64,000 bases of DNA, from positions 992,001 through 1,056,000 of the forward strand of contig CDLV01000012.1 in the NCBI GenBank assembly GCA_001244265.2, given 5' to 3'. Of this stretch, positions 1-11,126 are shown in pieces; the first letter of the stretch is position 1; each line of letters begins with the position of its first letter. The stretch comes from Microbotryum violaceum. Its lineage: Eukaryota. The position numbers were made by a program, and so were the translations under genes. The notes below the pieces were generated by a model. The model ran no database searches, was not told the origin of the DNA, and saw only the letters and a program-made list of their open reading frames with translations.

Positions 1-474
1 AGTCCGAGTGCGATCCGTCGTCGACGACTCGACAGACATTCCCATTGCAACAGGGATGCCCATCACGTCTATATCGACTTCTTCGTCTTCGCCGAAAGCA
101 CTCGACCAGATGTTGAGATTCAAAGATGTCGTTGTCAACACCAATGTTGGTGCATCACAGCCGCGGGGTACGCTGTCGGCGGCATCGGCTTTGACAAGTT
201 TTGACTCCGAACCTCTACCTTTCGCTCCTGAACACTCCATCGGCTCTCTCGCAGATTAAAAATTAATGGTGCATCTTCAAGTTTCCAACTCAAGTTCGTT
301 TCTGCTCTGAACAAGGCTGGTGTTGCGGGCTCCACTTGTTCAGTTTCGACCATCAAAGCCGAGTCTTCCTCCGTGCAATTAGTCTTCAGCGTGCCAGTCC
401 GGATGACGCCCCCGCTTCCCATCAATGTCACCGCCAAAAGCGTATCGTTTCATTTTCCATCAATATGGTTTTGA
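1..474 (+). CDS. possible 3' exons of an unknown gene running in from the window edge
   Basis: Open frame from the edge to a GTACGC donor (~168), a CTCGCAG acceptor (254), then an open frame LKINGASSSFQLKF...FPSIWF*. The phases only join with an extra G in the G-run, and no family is recognised. Confidence 0.2.
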
Positions 475-893
475 GCTCAAAATCGCTCTTCAAGGTAGGC
501 CAAATAATCCATGAGTATTATGCATGCGGGAGTCCGATGCAGATCACTGCCAGTCCTTTCTTTCTCAATCGCCCCTGTCCGTCTTCAGATGACTCCCACT
601 TCGATGAGTCGATCGCTGGACAGACGGATCTCTCTTTTGTTCTCAGCCTGATCTTCAACTCTTCTTGATCCCTCAAACTCGTGTCGTTCGCTGGCAAGGG
701 ATGATTTTTCGGACCGAGTTCTTGAGTTGACCAGCTCCGCTCTCAACCTTGACACGCTGCCCGCCGAAGCAATACTGTTAATGAGATTTCTCCTTTTGTT
801 CGAATCGACCAGCGAGATAGTTTTATATCTGACGCTTTGCTACTATGGCAGAGCAACCAGCATGCCAGCGATCGTCGTCAACTCTTACGCCGT

Positions 894-959
894 GCATCTG
901 TCCCTGCCAGCTTACGGCGGATGGCATCTGTCCCTGCAGCTTACGGCGGATGGCATCTC
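894..959. repeat. tandem duplication, 29-30 bp unit x2.2
   Basis: gcatctgtccctgc(c)agcttacggcggatg occurs twice, followed by a partial third copy. Confidence 0.85.
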
Positions 960-1250
960 GTTGTACAAGACGACAGCAATCTGGACCCCGCCCTCCCAAA
1001 GTGGCTGATGAAAATATTTCTAACCACACGATACAGCTTGGCGAGGTGAGCTCGGGCGCCTTCTTTATGGCCGGCCACTGCAACTGGTGGAGCAGTCGAC
1101 TCGTGCTCAAAGGAACCCCCAGATCCACTCCCATGGTACGGACCCGCCGAGCTCACCAACCTTCCCTCAAATGGTGACGATACCTCTTGGACGGTCTTTT
1201 GATGAGAGGAAAGGGGTCTGGAACATGCAAGACGCTTCGGACTTGTTCTA

Positions 1251-1640
1251 CACATGCGTGCGCGAAACTCATGGATGCCATATGGAAAAACGCCGTATGT
1301 CTGCCAAGACCAAAGTTACCTTGCACCGTGAACGGCTCCCTTCTGATTTCAATCAGCATCGATTGAAATTGTTATTATTTTTGCCAGCCCCTTCACAACT
1401 GGACTACACAGCCAAAAAAAGCCAGCAATTTCAAGCGATGCGGAATCAGAAGGGAGCCATTTAAGGCGCAAGGTAACTTTGCGTGTAGTTAGTTGTGAAG
1501 GGGCTGGCAAAAATAATAACGATTTCAATCAATGCTGATTGAAATCAGGAGGGAGCCGTTCACGGTGCAAGGTAACTTTGGTCTTGGCAGACATACGGCG
1601 TTTTTCCATATGGGCTCCATGAGTTTCGCGCGCGCATGTG
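1251..1640. mobile_element. non-autonomous foldback MITE, Tc1/mariner/pogo-like (TA target duplication)
   Basis: Near-perfect ~160 bp terminal inverted repeats (1251-~1409 and ~1483-1640; CACATGCG...CGCATGTG) flanked by TA at 1249-1250 and 1641-1642. The same peptide appears on both strands in the ORF track. No coding capacity. Confidence 0.85.
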
Positions 1641-2205
1641 TAGGGGCTCAAATCGGTGAAGTGAGCTATAGCAACTTCGCTACAGCAATATCACAGACCA
1701 CTGACAGGATTTTCTCGTCGGACTTGCATCGTCGTGATTTTCTGGGCCAATCTTGTGGTAACAGGCGCTCATCTGTTTCAACGAAAACTTTGACTTGCAA
1801 AATCGCTACTTCTGTCACAGACCGATTTGGAGCGAGCGATGCGTTGGTGGCTGTAAGGTATGCGCCTCTGATGTGCATAAAATACAATTTGTCGTTCTTA
1901 AAAGCAAGTCGTAATTAGAACTCGACAATTCTAGCTACTCAGAGACTATTTATGGGGCTGTTCTGTAAGGCATCCCCTTGCAGTCGTGATCGGACTTGTG
2001 CGGACATTTCCCGCCATGTCCGTAACGCAGACCGCCTTTGAGGCTGCGGTGCGTGCACGAGATCTGTGGTAGGAAGATGAAATCATCATAAGTCCTGCCT
2101 TACACATATGTTTCGGTAGCCATCCGAGGGAAAAAAGAGATAGCTTGGGCATGTTCTAGGCCTGCCCGAAGAAATTACCGGCTGCAGCAAAACAACAAAA
2201 GAAAA

Positions 2206-2287
2206 TGCCCAGTGGCGGGATCGAACCGCCGACATCAGACTTAACGCGTTATTAGGTCTGCATCATAACCGACTAGATCAACCGGGC
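2206..2287 (-). tRNA. tRNA-Ile (anticodon AAT) with an 8-nt intron
   Basis: Cloverleaf: acceptor GCCCGGT/ACTGGGC plus discriminator A, D-arm ATCT-AGTCGGTTA-TGAT, anticodon stem CAGAC/GTCTG with CT-AAT-A (anticodon 2253-2251), intron ACGCGTTA (2249-2242), T-arm GGCGG-TTCGATC-CCGCC, then a TTTT Pol III terminator. Confidence 0.92.
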
Positions 2288-2346
2288 TTTGGACGAAGAG
2301 ACTGGCTCTACCTGGCATATCGATTAATGACATTTACCCCAGATGA

Positions 2347-5181
2347 CATCATCAGAGTATCCGGCTCGCTGATGGCGAGCTCACCACTGACATGGAGCGC
2401 ACGCTCGAGCACACCCATTCTCATTTCCAGCAGCACTACCTTGTCGAAGCGAAGGATCCGGAACAGGTCGTGACGATGCGGGATGAGCTCTTGGGACCCA
2501 TCAGATCAGCAAGACCTTGTGACGACCCGCTTTCCGACGCTCGCTTCCTTCGGCGGTTCTCGAATTCGCACGCCGACATTCTGGCCGAGCCCATCAGCGA
2601 TGCCGAGGTGCTCGCAGCGATTCGAACCACGCACGAAGGTCGATCTCCGGGTCCTTCAGGGGTCCCCTATGAGATGTATCGAGCCTGCCCCCTGCTTTGG
2701 GCCCCTCTCTTGACTCGAGCCTACAACGAGCTGATTACTCGAGGCTCCCTTACTCCACAACAGAGCCAGGCCAATGTGCGCCTCTTGTTCAAACACAACA
2801 AACCTGGTGCAGCGCGGTGCGACCTCAAATCGTATCGTCCGATCACCTTGCGGGAATGCGACTACAAGATCTTCACCAAGGTCTACGTGGCTCGTCTGAA
2901 CCGGATCCTCCCCGATGTTCTTCCGGCCGGACAGCATGGGTTCGTCAAGGGGCGAAGACCAGCGGACGCGGCTTTGCATCTGCGGCTCCTGATCGATGAG
3001 ATTAGGGGTCGTGGGGCAGAGTTCCCGACAGCAGCGCTCCTCTCCTGGATCAGAGCTCGGCTTACGACATGGTCGAGCACGACTGGGTCTTTGCGGTGTT
3101 TGAGGCTCTCGGCGCGCCGGAATCTTTCCAGCGCGTCTTGCGGATGCTCTACAACGGCGAGACGTCCACAGCGCGGTACATTGTCAACGGTTTCCTTACC
3201 GAGACGGTGCGACTCCTGTGCGGTCTTGGCCAGGGCGATCCTCTCTCTTCTTCTGTCTGGGATGTGGTATTCCAACCCTTCCTTGATTCTCTCAGTCGAC
3301 GCAACATTGCGCTGACTATCACTCTTCCGGAGCTGGCTCATCGTCCGCAGACTCGATGCATCACCAATTTGGCGTTCGCGGATGACGCCGTCGTCGCTGT
3401 TGCTGGGCCGGAAGCTATTGCTTCGCTCGAGGCGTTAGCTCGGGATTGGCGACTCGCGACGAACGGACGTCTAAACACCGACAAAACTGTGGTGATGCCA
3501 TTGGGCGCGACGTTGTGGGATCGCGCGGACTTGTCCAAACTGTCGTTCGTGGCACCGGACGAGTCTCTTCCCTGGATCGGTCTCCAGTTTGCGCCTGACG
3601 GCAACAACAGGCTGGGATTCCATGATCTTGAGCGAAGGGTTGATCGAGTGATTCTATCGGTGCGCGACCGATGGATGACGCACCATACCCGGGCTTTCTA
3701 TCTTAACCGCTACGGCATCTCCAAGGTGCTGCACTCTCTCTCCGCCGACATCCCGCCATCCGAAGTGATCAAGTCGATCGAGCGCAAGCTTGCTGACTTT
3801 GTGAAGGGAGGCCCGCGGCGCAGCGACTACAAGCAATCGGTCGTCTTCACGGCACGGGCACGAGGCGGTCTCAGCGTCGTGAGCATCCAGGATGTGGTGG
3901 ATTCAGTCTCGGTACGGATCTGGGATGTGCTGGCCGGCGGGTCAACTGCGATTTGGGGCGATCTGGCTCGGAGTTCCATCCGGCGAGCGCTTCCGACCTT
4001 TGACTTTGCTGCGGATCTGTGGACGTGGAGGAACGCCGACGCACCCCGGGAGCTACATCCCCGCTGGCGAGCGGTGCTCTCGGTCGCTGAACGCTACCCT
4101 GCCGTCGTCGATCCTGCCAAACTTTCGGTCTCCAATCTTCTTTCTCTTTCCCCCTCCAACCGGGTCTGCATGACTCGCGGGCGTTCTCGGAGCAGGATAA
4201 GCGTTTGGCGAAGCATTTCAGTTTCGAACGCACCATCGCTGACATCTATGCTCGAGCTCAATACCCCGCAGCTCCAACGGTGCCCTGGACCCCTGAGAAG
4301 CATCCCCAAGGCGACGGCTCGGAGCTGTCCAACCTTTGGCAATGGAAGCGCGATCAAGTCCAGGCGTGGATCCAGGTCGCAGGCGATCGCTTCATCCCGC
4401 CGCTTCCGCCTCCTGTTCCCGTCCTCGCACGTCGACCACCCGTCATTCGTGTCGTTGGAGCACCTGGAGCCCGGCCCGGCGGTCCCCTCGAGCACATCTT
4501 GCCCAGAGCGACTCCGGTCGGCATGCCTGATCAAAGACTTCCCCTCCCCTCCGCCCCCTTGCTTGCTAATCAGTGGAGAATGTTGAGCTTGGACAGACCC
4601 TACACCATTGCGCGACTTCGACGCGTCATCAACCATCGACGTTTCGACGACACACAACGCCCTGGATCACTCGCCACACCCAAAGAAAGGCGACTCTTCT
4701 GGGGGTGGTTCCACACCGGGCCCGCCACGGCCCGCGAGCGCGAGGTGCACTTCAAGCTGGCGTACCACTTCACGCCAACGCGGAAGCGCCAGTTTGTGCA
4801 GCGGCATGGCGACTCGGCCTGCTGCCTTGTGCAGGCATGCAGCCTGGCAGGGGTGGAGGATGACTTTACTCACTTTTGGCATGATTGCCCTGACTCTTCT
4901 CAATTTTGGCAAGCAGCTAGGTCCATTATCTGCGACGCGCTGGGGTCGTGTCGATCCTCGACCTCGACTACACGGCACTTCAGATCGAGCACGGCCTCCC
5001 TCGACTGCGCGCTCGCCTTCCGACGTCGAAAAAGCGTCCAATCCGCGCCTTCATTGCGCTGGCGCTCGACACTCTCAGCAACCGACGCTGGGATCTCCAT
5101 CGCCACGCCAGAGCGATGTCGAGCATGGACAAGGAGATGGCGGGACTGAAGGAGAGGTTGGAGCTCAGATTGGCGCGATGA
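2347..5181 (+). mobile_element. 5'-truncated non-LTR retrotransposon ORF2 (L1/Tx1-like reverse transcriptase plus C-terminal CCHC zinc knuckle), frameshifted
   Basis: RT motifs SPGPSG, YRPITL...DYKIFTK, QHGFVKGR, LDQSSAYDMVEH, GQGDPLS and LAFADD; C-terminal C..C...HFWHDC. Split over ORFs 2392-3315, 3069-4586, 4205-5149 and 4948-5181 by -1 shifts at ~3045, ~4152 and ~4944. No APE endonuclease, no ORF1, no introns. Confidence 0.93.
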
Positions 5182-6974
5182 AGTAGATGTCCCTCCCTCC
5201 CTATCCAAGCAAAAACCAAACCCCCAAAAAATCACAAGTCCCTTTTCCCTCCTTCTCAATCTCCAAAATGTCTCCCAAACACGCCAGAATACTGAACCTG
5301 TTTTCTCTCGCTCTTTTTGCCATTCCTCCTCATAGGCTTCCGTACTCCCAGGAGCCTCGGGTTCTTTGCGCCGGCGGGCATTGTCGCCTTTGGTTCGAGC
5401 TTCTGCCACATCACGATGACACACAGCGAAAACGGATCCCCTTGGCCCTCTCCTGGACTATACCGTGAGTTTTCCACTCCTCTCAAGGGCCGGGTCTGTC
5501 TTCTCTTTCGGTCGAGCGACCCCGTGATCTCCTGTTCAAGGCCGGCACAAACTGCCTGCGTGGCTCGCCTCTCCTTGCTTTGCTGCTCGCTCGGAGTCGC
5601 GGCCCCGCGGCGGGTGACTCGGGTACCGAACCGCCATACACATCCACACTCGAGCGAGGTCCCACCCAATGACATCACCGTCGTGGGCCTCATGCTCCTT
5701 CTTTCCCCAGTATCTGCGGTGATTGGGAACCACCTGCACGTACAAGGGGACTCGAGTGTGCGTTCCGAGATTGGGAGTACGCCGCAGGGAAGCGAGGCCC
5801 CTGCGGAAGGTATACCCCGCCCTTGTCTCCAGCCGCGCGCCGGTGTTGACGGCCACCCGCCCGCGCTGCACCCGACCGAGGCGTGTCCAATGGACTGTCA
5901 CATGCTCCGTGACTTTCCCCGGAAATCTCTGGATTGTGTGTTTTTGTGCGAAGTAGGCCTGTTTCGCAGTTGCAGTCATTGGAATGGGGGTGATCTGGGG
6001 TCGTGCGGTCGCGAGGGGGGGCCGACTTTGGTAACCGAAAAGGGGTTTGGAATCCGCGGTGGAGATCCAGCGCAGACGGGTACAAGGGGTATGTGATTGC
6101 TGCGGTCGCAGGGGGTTACATTCCCCCTTTGGACCACGTGAATCATTTGGATTGAGCGGGATGTTTGTGCCATCGGAGGCCTTGTTCGACGCGTCTCAAA
6201 GAATTAAGGGGCTTCAAGGAGTATGGCGGTCTCAGGGGGGGGCTGAAGTCAAAAGATCGAAGAAGGTTCAACTGTACGACTATAATCGGATTCGCCTGTA
6301 CAACACATGTACCATCACCAACGACTCATCCATCTTTTCCCGATTCCTTGTGTATAATCTTCAACCTTCCTTTCATTCGTCTCTGGGAGGGAGCAACCGT
6401 GGGTGGGGGGGACTTGAACTCGGATGTATCGGGTTGGTCTGTTCTGCTAGTTACAACGCATCAAGCGGCGGTTGTGGTCATCATCGTGCATACTGGGCAG
6501 CTTCTCCTTCATTTCCATAGGGGGTTTTCTCGTCTTGCAAATTCGCGATGAGTTTCAAACAAATAATAAATAAATTATAGGCCTGGGACTTCGCGGGTCA
6601 GGGTAGCTGCGCAGTCGCTCTCCTGTCGTTGTCTCGACCGAGTTGGGAAGTGGCGGCGGGGTGGGCCTCTTGTCGTTAGTACACTAGTTGGTTTCCTTTC
6701 TCTCTCTGTGTCTCCTTCTCTCTCTCATTCGTCTCCTGGGGGGGGGGGGGCAACCGCTTGGCTGGGCACTTGAATCCGAAGTATCGGATTGGTGGACTTG
6801 GCCCGTTTCTCGCATCTTGCCGGCGGTTTGTGTTATCATCATCGATTTCCATCTAGATTCTCCGTAGACCAAAACAGGGGACAGGAATGGAGGCAATATA
6901 CATCTATGATAAACAGTTTCTACCCAGTCAAACCCAAACCAAGTTCCCATAAATAAATAATAAAAATAATAAAA
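5182..6974 (+). mobile_element. probable long 3' UTR / A-rich tails of the non-LTR element
   Basis: Non-coding stretch after the ORF2 stop, with G-runs, ending in (TAAA/TAA)n-like tracts at ~6557-6575 and ~6949-6974. A candidate TSD CTGGCAT lies at 6975-6981 and 2312-2318. Confidence 0.45.
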
Positions 6975-7452
6975 CTGGCATCATGAGAGGTTTGGGGAAA
7001 GGTTAGGTGCTTTTGTTCTCCCGGCGACCGCCGTCTAGCGTTCTGCGGGCCAGGGTGTTCTCTCTACCTGACTACTTCGACCGCTGCAAGTTCTGGTACT
7101 TGAATATTAAGACCAAGTTTCAGTTGCAAGCTGCCGCTTGCGCAGCCGCTACGGTGATCCGAAGTGAACTTCCTGGTTATTGCTCAACCGCTTCGATCAT
7201 TTGGATCTTGAGTAAGTGCGGTGTTGATCCGAGCACTTGCTGACACGCGCCGATAATCGATGATTGCCCGACAAGTTTAATTGATAGGAATTGACGGACG
7301 AATGGAAGCGGAGTAAACACATCATTATATGTATATATATGGGGTCATGAATATGTGGGTTGGTGCCAGCTAACGAAGCCTTCCGAAAAAGTTAGAGCGC
7401 TCAAAGCAGCCAGTCGCTCGAGTACCTGCACCGTATGTAACAGCCACTCTGT

Positions 7453-9188
7453 CTAGGCCCTTTCGGTCAGAATTCCTCCCGGGTGGTGCTCAGCTTTTCC
7501 CTCTTCCATCGCAGCGGCGTCATCGGTGACTGTCGCATGCGAGGTGGCATCCGTGTCGAGTTCGTCGCCGATTTGCACGCCAGGGATGAGGTTAGCGGTG
7601 TTGGCAAAGCCCTTCATGAGAGGAGCACCATCGATAGCCGCACTTTGCGAGGCGTCGGCCGAATCGATCGAGCCAACGACCTCCTCGTAGTCAAGGTGCT
7701 TCAAGAGCACATAAATCGCAGTCGACAGGAGCGAACCGAGGAACTGGCCCACGTAGTAGAGCCATGCGTTGTGGGGAAGGATCCGCTGACGACACAGGGA
7801 CCAAAAGTGCGAGCAGGGCTGTACATTAGAAACAGAGTCAGGTAGTCATCTTTTAGCGAGCCGATAACGCGCTTCAACTATGTCCCACCTGACTTACTTG
7901 ATACCGGCGCCAGTCCAGCCGATGCTAGCAAGATGCCCAACGAAGAGGGCCAAACCGATTGCAACAGGGGCGAGGAACGTCGAACGCGATTTTTCGGCAG
8001 CGAGCATGAGCACGGTGAAGCAGAGCAGCGCGGTGGTCAGCATCTCGATAACGAGACCTTTGCCAGACGAGAGTCCCACGACGAGCGAGTTCTGAACGGA
8101 GAAAGTGCCGAGCGTGACACCCTTCGACAGTCCCGCGGCCGCGATTCCTCCGAGCAATTGGGCAATGACGACGCCGACGGCACGACGAGAGGAGAGCCCG
8201 CCGACGAGCCACAGGGACAGGGTAACGGCAGGGTTGAAAGCAGAACCTGTGATGCTGCAGGAGACCAATCAAAGGTAGTCGGTTGCTCACGTGGTAAGTA
8301 ACCGCCACAGAGTAAGCACAGAGGAGCTGAACTCGCCGTTCACTTACCGGAAGAAAGCCCATGCCACCACGACGAGCGAAAAGCCAAACGACAAAGCAAT
8401 GAAAAGAATCGTCTGATTATTCTCTCGTCGAGTCAGAAAAATTATCGACATTTGGGCGCTACGGGGCCGACACCTTACCTGATTATCGGTGGTGGTCAAA
8501 GATTGGTTGTTAACGGCGCCTCGGTTGTAGGTAGCTGACTGAGCGCCTTGGAAAGCGAGGAACAGGAACAAGACTGTGTTGGGCTTGATTGAATCGGAGT
8601 TCAAAAATCAAGACAGGGGAGGAGGCGCCGAGTCGTTTCGAGACGTCGCAACAGCGTAGGTGTAACCAGGGTGAAACAGCCGGCGGCGATCGTACCGGAA
8701 TCAGAGTCGGCGGTGGACAGGGGGTGGAAGATAGAGTCGAGGAATTCGTCAGCGGTGAGACAATACACAAGGGGTTCTAGCCTGCTCTGATTTGCGGTTT
8801 TGTACGTACAAGTTCCGACAAACTCTCCCACGCATGCGAGGATATCATGTATTAAGGCGCGAGCGACTCGCTTCCCCGTGCTGGAGAGCCCGTGGCTGTG
8901 GCCAGTACGAACGGAGCCGTCGGTCCCGTCAGCGTGCTTCTCGTCGAGGTGCTGGTGATGCTGGTGTACAGGGAAGGGGCGAAGCTGACGGAGGCGACCG
9001 TAGTTCTCCTCGTCTCTGTCGGCACCACTAGGCTCCCAGCCGGGACCTCGTACAGCGGGAGTTGTGAAGCGCAAGATGGGTCGGTTCCTCGCGCCCTGAT
9101 GAGCGGCACTCGACCGGTTCGAGCCCGTCGCTCGGGGGGGCTTTTGCGAGGCCGCGGCAAGAGGCTGAGCTGAACGTTCCATAGCCAT
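7453..9188 (-). CDS. aquaporin (MIP family), multi-exon
   Basis: ACVGEFVGT, ITGSAFNPAVTL (NPA1), GLVIEMLTT, APVAIGLALFVGHL, TGAGIN|PARTFGP (NPA2, across an intron), WLYYVGQFLG. One -1 shift in a C/G run at ~7773-7776, likely an assembly error. Confidence 0.92.
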
Positions 9189-9447
9189 ACTGTCGCTGAA
9201 GTGGTGAGTGTCCTGTGCGATTACCAAGGCGAAGCAAGAAAGACCAGTTTCTGGGACGAGAGAGTGGAGAGGTGGAGAGAAAAGGTCACCGGTGGTGCGT
9301 GTAACGTGCGAAATGTTGAAACAGTCGGTGATGACGATCATTTCTCACCCGAAACCCAAGAGGAGCAGAACTCTTGCCCTCTCGTAAATGAACCCAGTGA
9401 TCCAGCTTGCCGATCGCGGACGATTGATAGCCAAAGGTGAGACATCG

Positions 9448-9459
9448 CACGTGACGTCA
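9448..9459. promoter_or_regulatory. putative composite E-box/CRE (CACGTGACGTCA) upstream of the aquaporin
   Basis: Overlapping CACGTG and TGACGTCA about 260 bp upstream of the aquaporin ATG. Motif match only. Confidence 0.3.
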
Positions 9460-10441
9460 TTCTGTCAGCACCGCGATCGCCGAGTGCCGCGCTTCTATTA
9501 AAAAATCGAAGGTGAAAATCTGTACCGTCGTCGCATGTAGGAGGCGCCAACCCACTACTATGCATACCAATTGAAACGTAACGGAATTTAAGAGCTATTT
9601 GTTGCATAGCTCCGCGCTTAGCAGAGCCCAGGTAGTGTAGGCAACACTAGTTCCGGTGGCGCCAGTGGCGCCAGTGGCCAGGCGTTGCCAGAGCCAAAAT
9701 CCGCAACGTCGGTTTGAAGTCGTCCCAATGCTTGTGACTCAGGCAAATCTCATTCGCACAGCGCGCTGACAACCTGCCCAGGTTTTCACTCTGAAAGGAG
9801 GTTGGAAGATGTGGCGCCAAGTCCTTCACTGATGTAAGCCCTGAGAAATGGGGGCATCACAATATGGGTGTATGATATATGACACATGTTATGGTGGTCC
9901 AGCGGATCTAGCGTTCGTTTGATTCTGTCTTTGAATAAGACTAGCTGGAATTTATGGCTTTAAACTTTAAACACCGGCGAACTGCACTAAACCAAGTTTC
10001 AAGTTTTGTCCCCGCGTCGAAACAAAGCATCTCTTTTCTGAGTGGACACGAACGGGGCGAGGACAGGGACGGGATCAGTCTCGCCATACATCTCCCTACC
10101 TCACACCACTTGTGTCTCGACTCAGATCACAAACACCGCAGAGGGAAGCGAGCTGGCCCCTGGGACACGTAGTACTAGATGCTTCGAACTTGAGAGAAGT
10201 GCGCCTCAGACGGAATTTCACTACCATGTGAAACGAGTTTGTAGAACAAATGTGTCCCCTACGGCACTAAGGGGTGTCTAAAATGCACACTGTTGCAGTG
10301 ACTCAATCCGTCCGTTTGATGTTATGTAGTTAGCCGGAAATCATGCTATGCTGTGGCTCGTGTGAAGTTACATTCGGTGCAGTGACTGACGGCCGGAATG
10401 AACGACTGCCCAACCTGCAGTGACTACGGGTAAACACTGAG

Positions 10442-10801
10442 CAAGGGTCCGCATTACTATTAGGTCAGATCACCGCCAGATCTGATCTGATCTTTCTGCC
10501 TTGATTGATCTGATCTTGATCTGATCGGAACAGATCAATTTGATCTGAGACATGAAATTGCCTAATTTGGTGCCGAGAGACTTCTACATGTCTACATGTT
10601 AAAATCCGCATCTTCCTCATCCTCGTAGTCCTCGTCCTCCATCCTCATCCTCATGGTGCGCCGCCTTTGAAATTTCAAATCACAGTGGCACCATCTAGGT
10701 ACCGCCTACTTTTGGATTTTTTCCTCGAGGCTTGATTGATCTGAACTTGATCTGACCCCTGTCAGATTACAGATCTGATCTAGTACTAATGCGGACCCTT
10801 G
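10442..10801. mobile_element. non-autonomous hAT-like MITE (360 bp)
   Basis: 15-bp perfect TIRs CAAGGGTCCGCATTA / TAATGCGGACCCTTG, many subterminal (A)GATCT(G) repeats at both ends, and an imperfect 8-bp TSD (ACACTGAG 10434-10441 vs GCACTGAC 10802-10809). Confidence 0.85.
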
Positions 10802-11126
10802 GCACTGACTAGGAACTTGCTCAACCACGGAGTTAGAGGCAGGAAAAGCGGTTAAAAGCTTTTAAAATCAGACGAGTGCTCCTAAAGCTTCCAACCGGTG
10901 ACCTCACCAAGAACTGCGAGGAGTATTGCACTGGAGAATGCCCATGCTCTTAGCAGCTCTTAGCCCAGACTCTCCCAGACTCGAGTGTCACGACGTGGCC
11001 CCGAGCGCGGATTCGCACCCTACGCACCTCACCTTTACGTCCTTGCGCTCCTCCCGGCAGGAAGCAGGACCCACCTCACGTTTTACGCCTGTTGGGTCAC
11101 CGAGTGCCACCCGTTGCACCAACGCC

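Noticed and set aside
1153-1918. Pair of near-identical small ORFs (MLIEIRREPF...) as duplicated genes
   Set aside because: They are the two arms of the foldback MITE read on opposite strands.
5256-6551. ORFs of 128-259 aa downstream of the LINE as a third element protein
   Set aside because: Overlapping ORFs on both strands with atypical composition and no motifs; consistent with GC-rich non-coding DNA.
7453-9188. Aquaporin (and likewise RAD23) as a pseudogene
   Set aside because: Each has a single frameshift in a homopolymer with otherwise intact motifs and splice sites; assembly error is more likely.
9655-9680. Short GTGGCGCCA tandem repeat
   Set aside because: Only about 2.5 copies of 9 bp; ordinary slippage with no supporting context.
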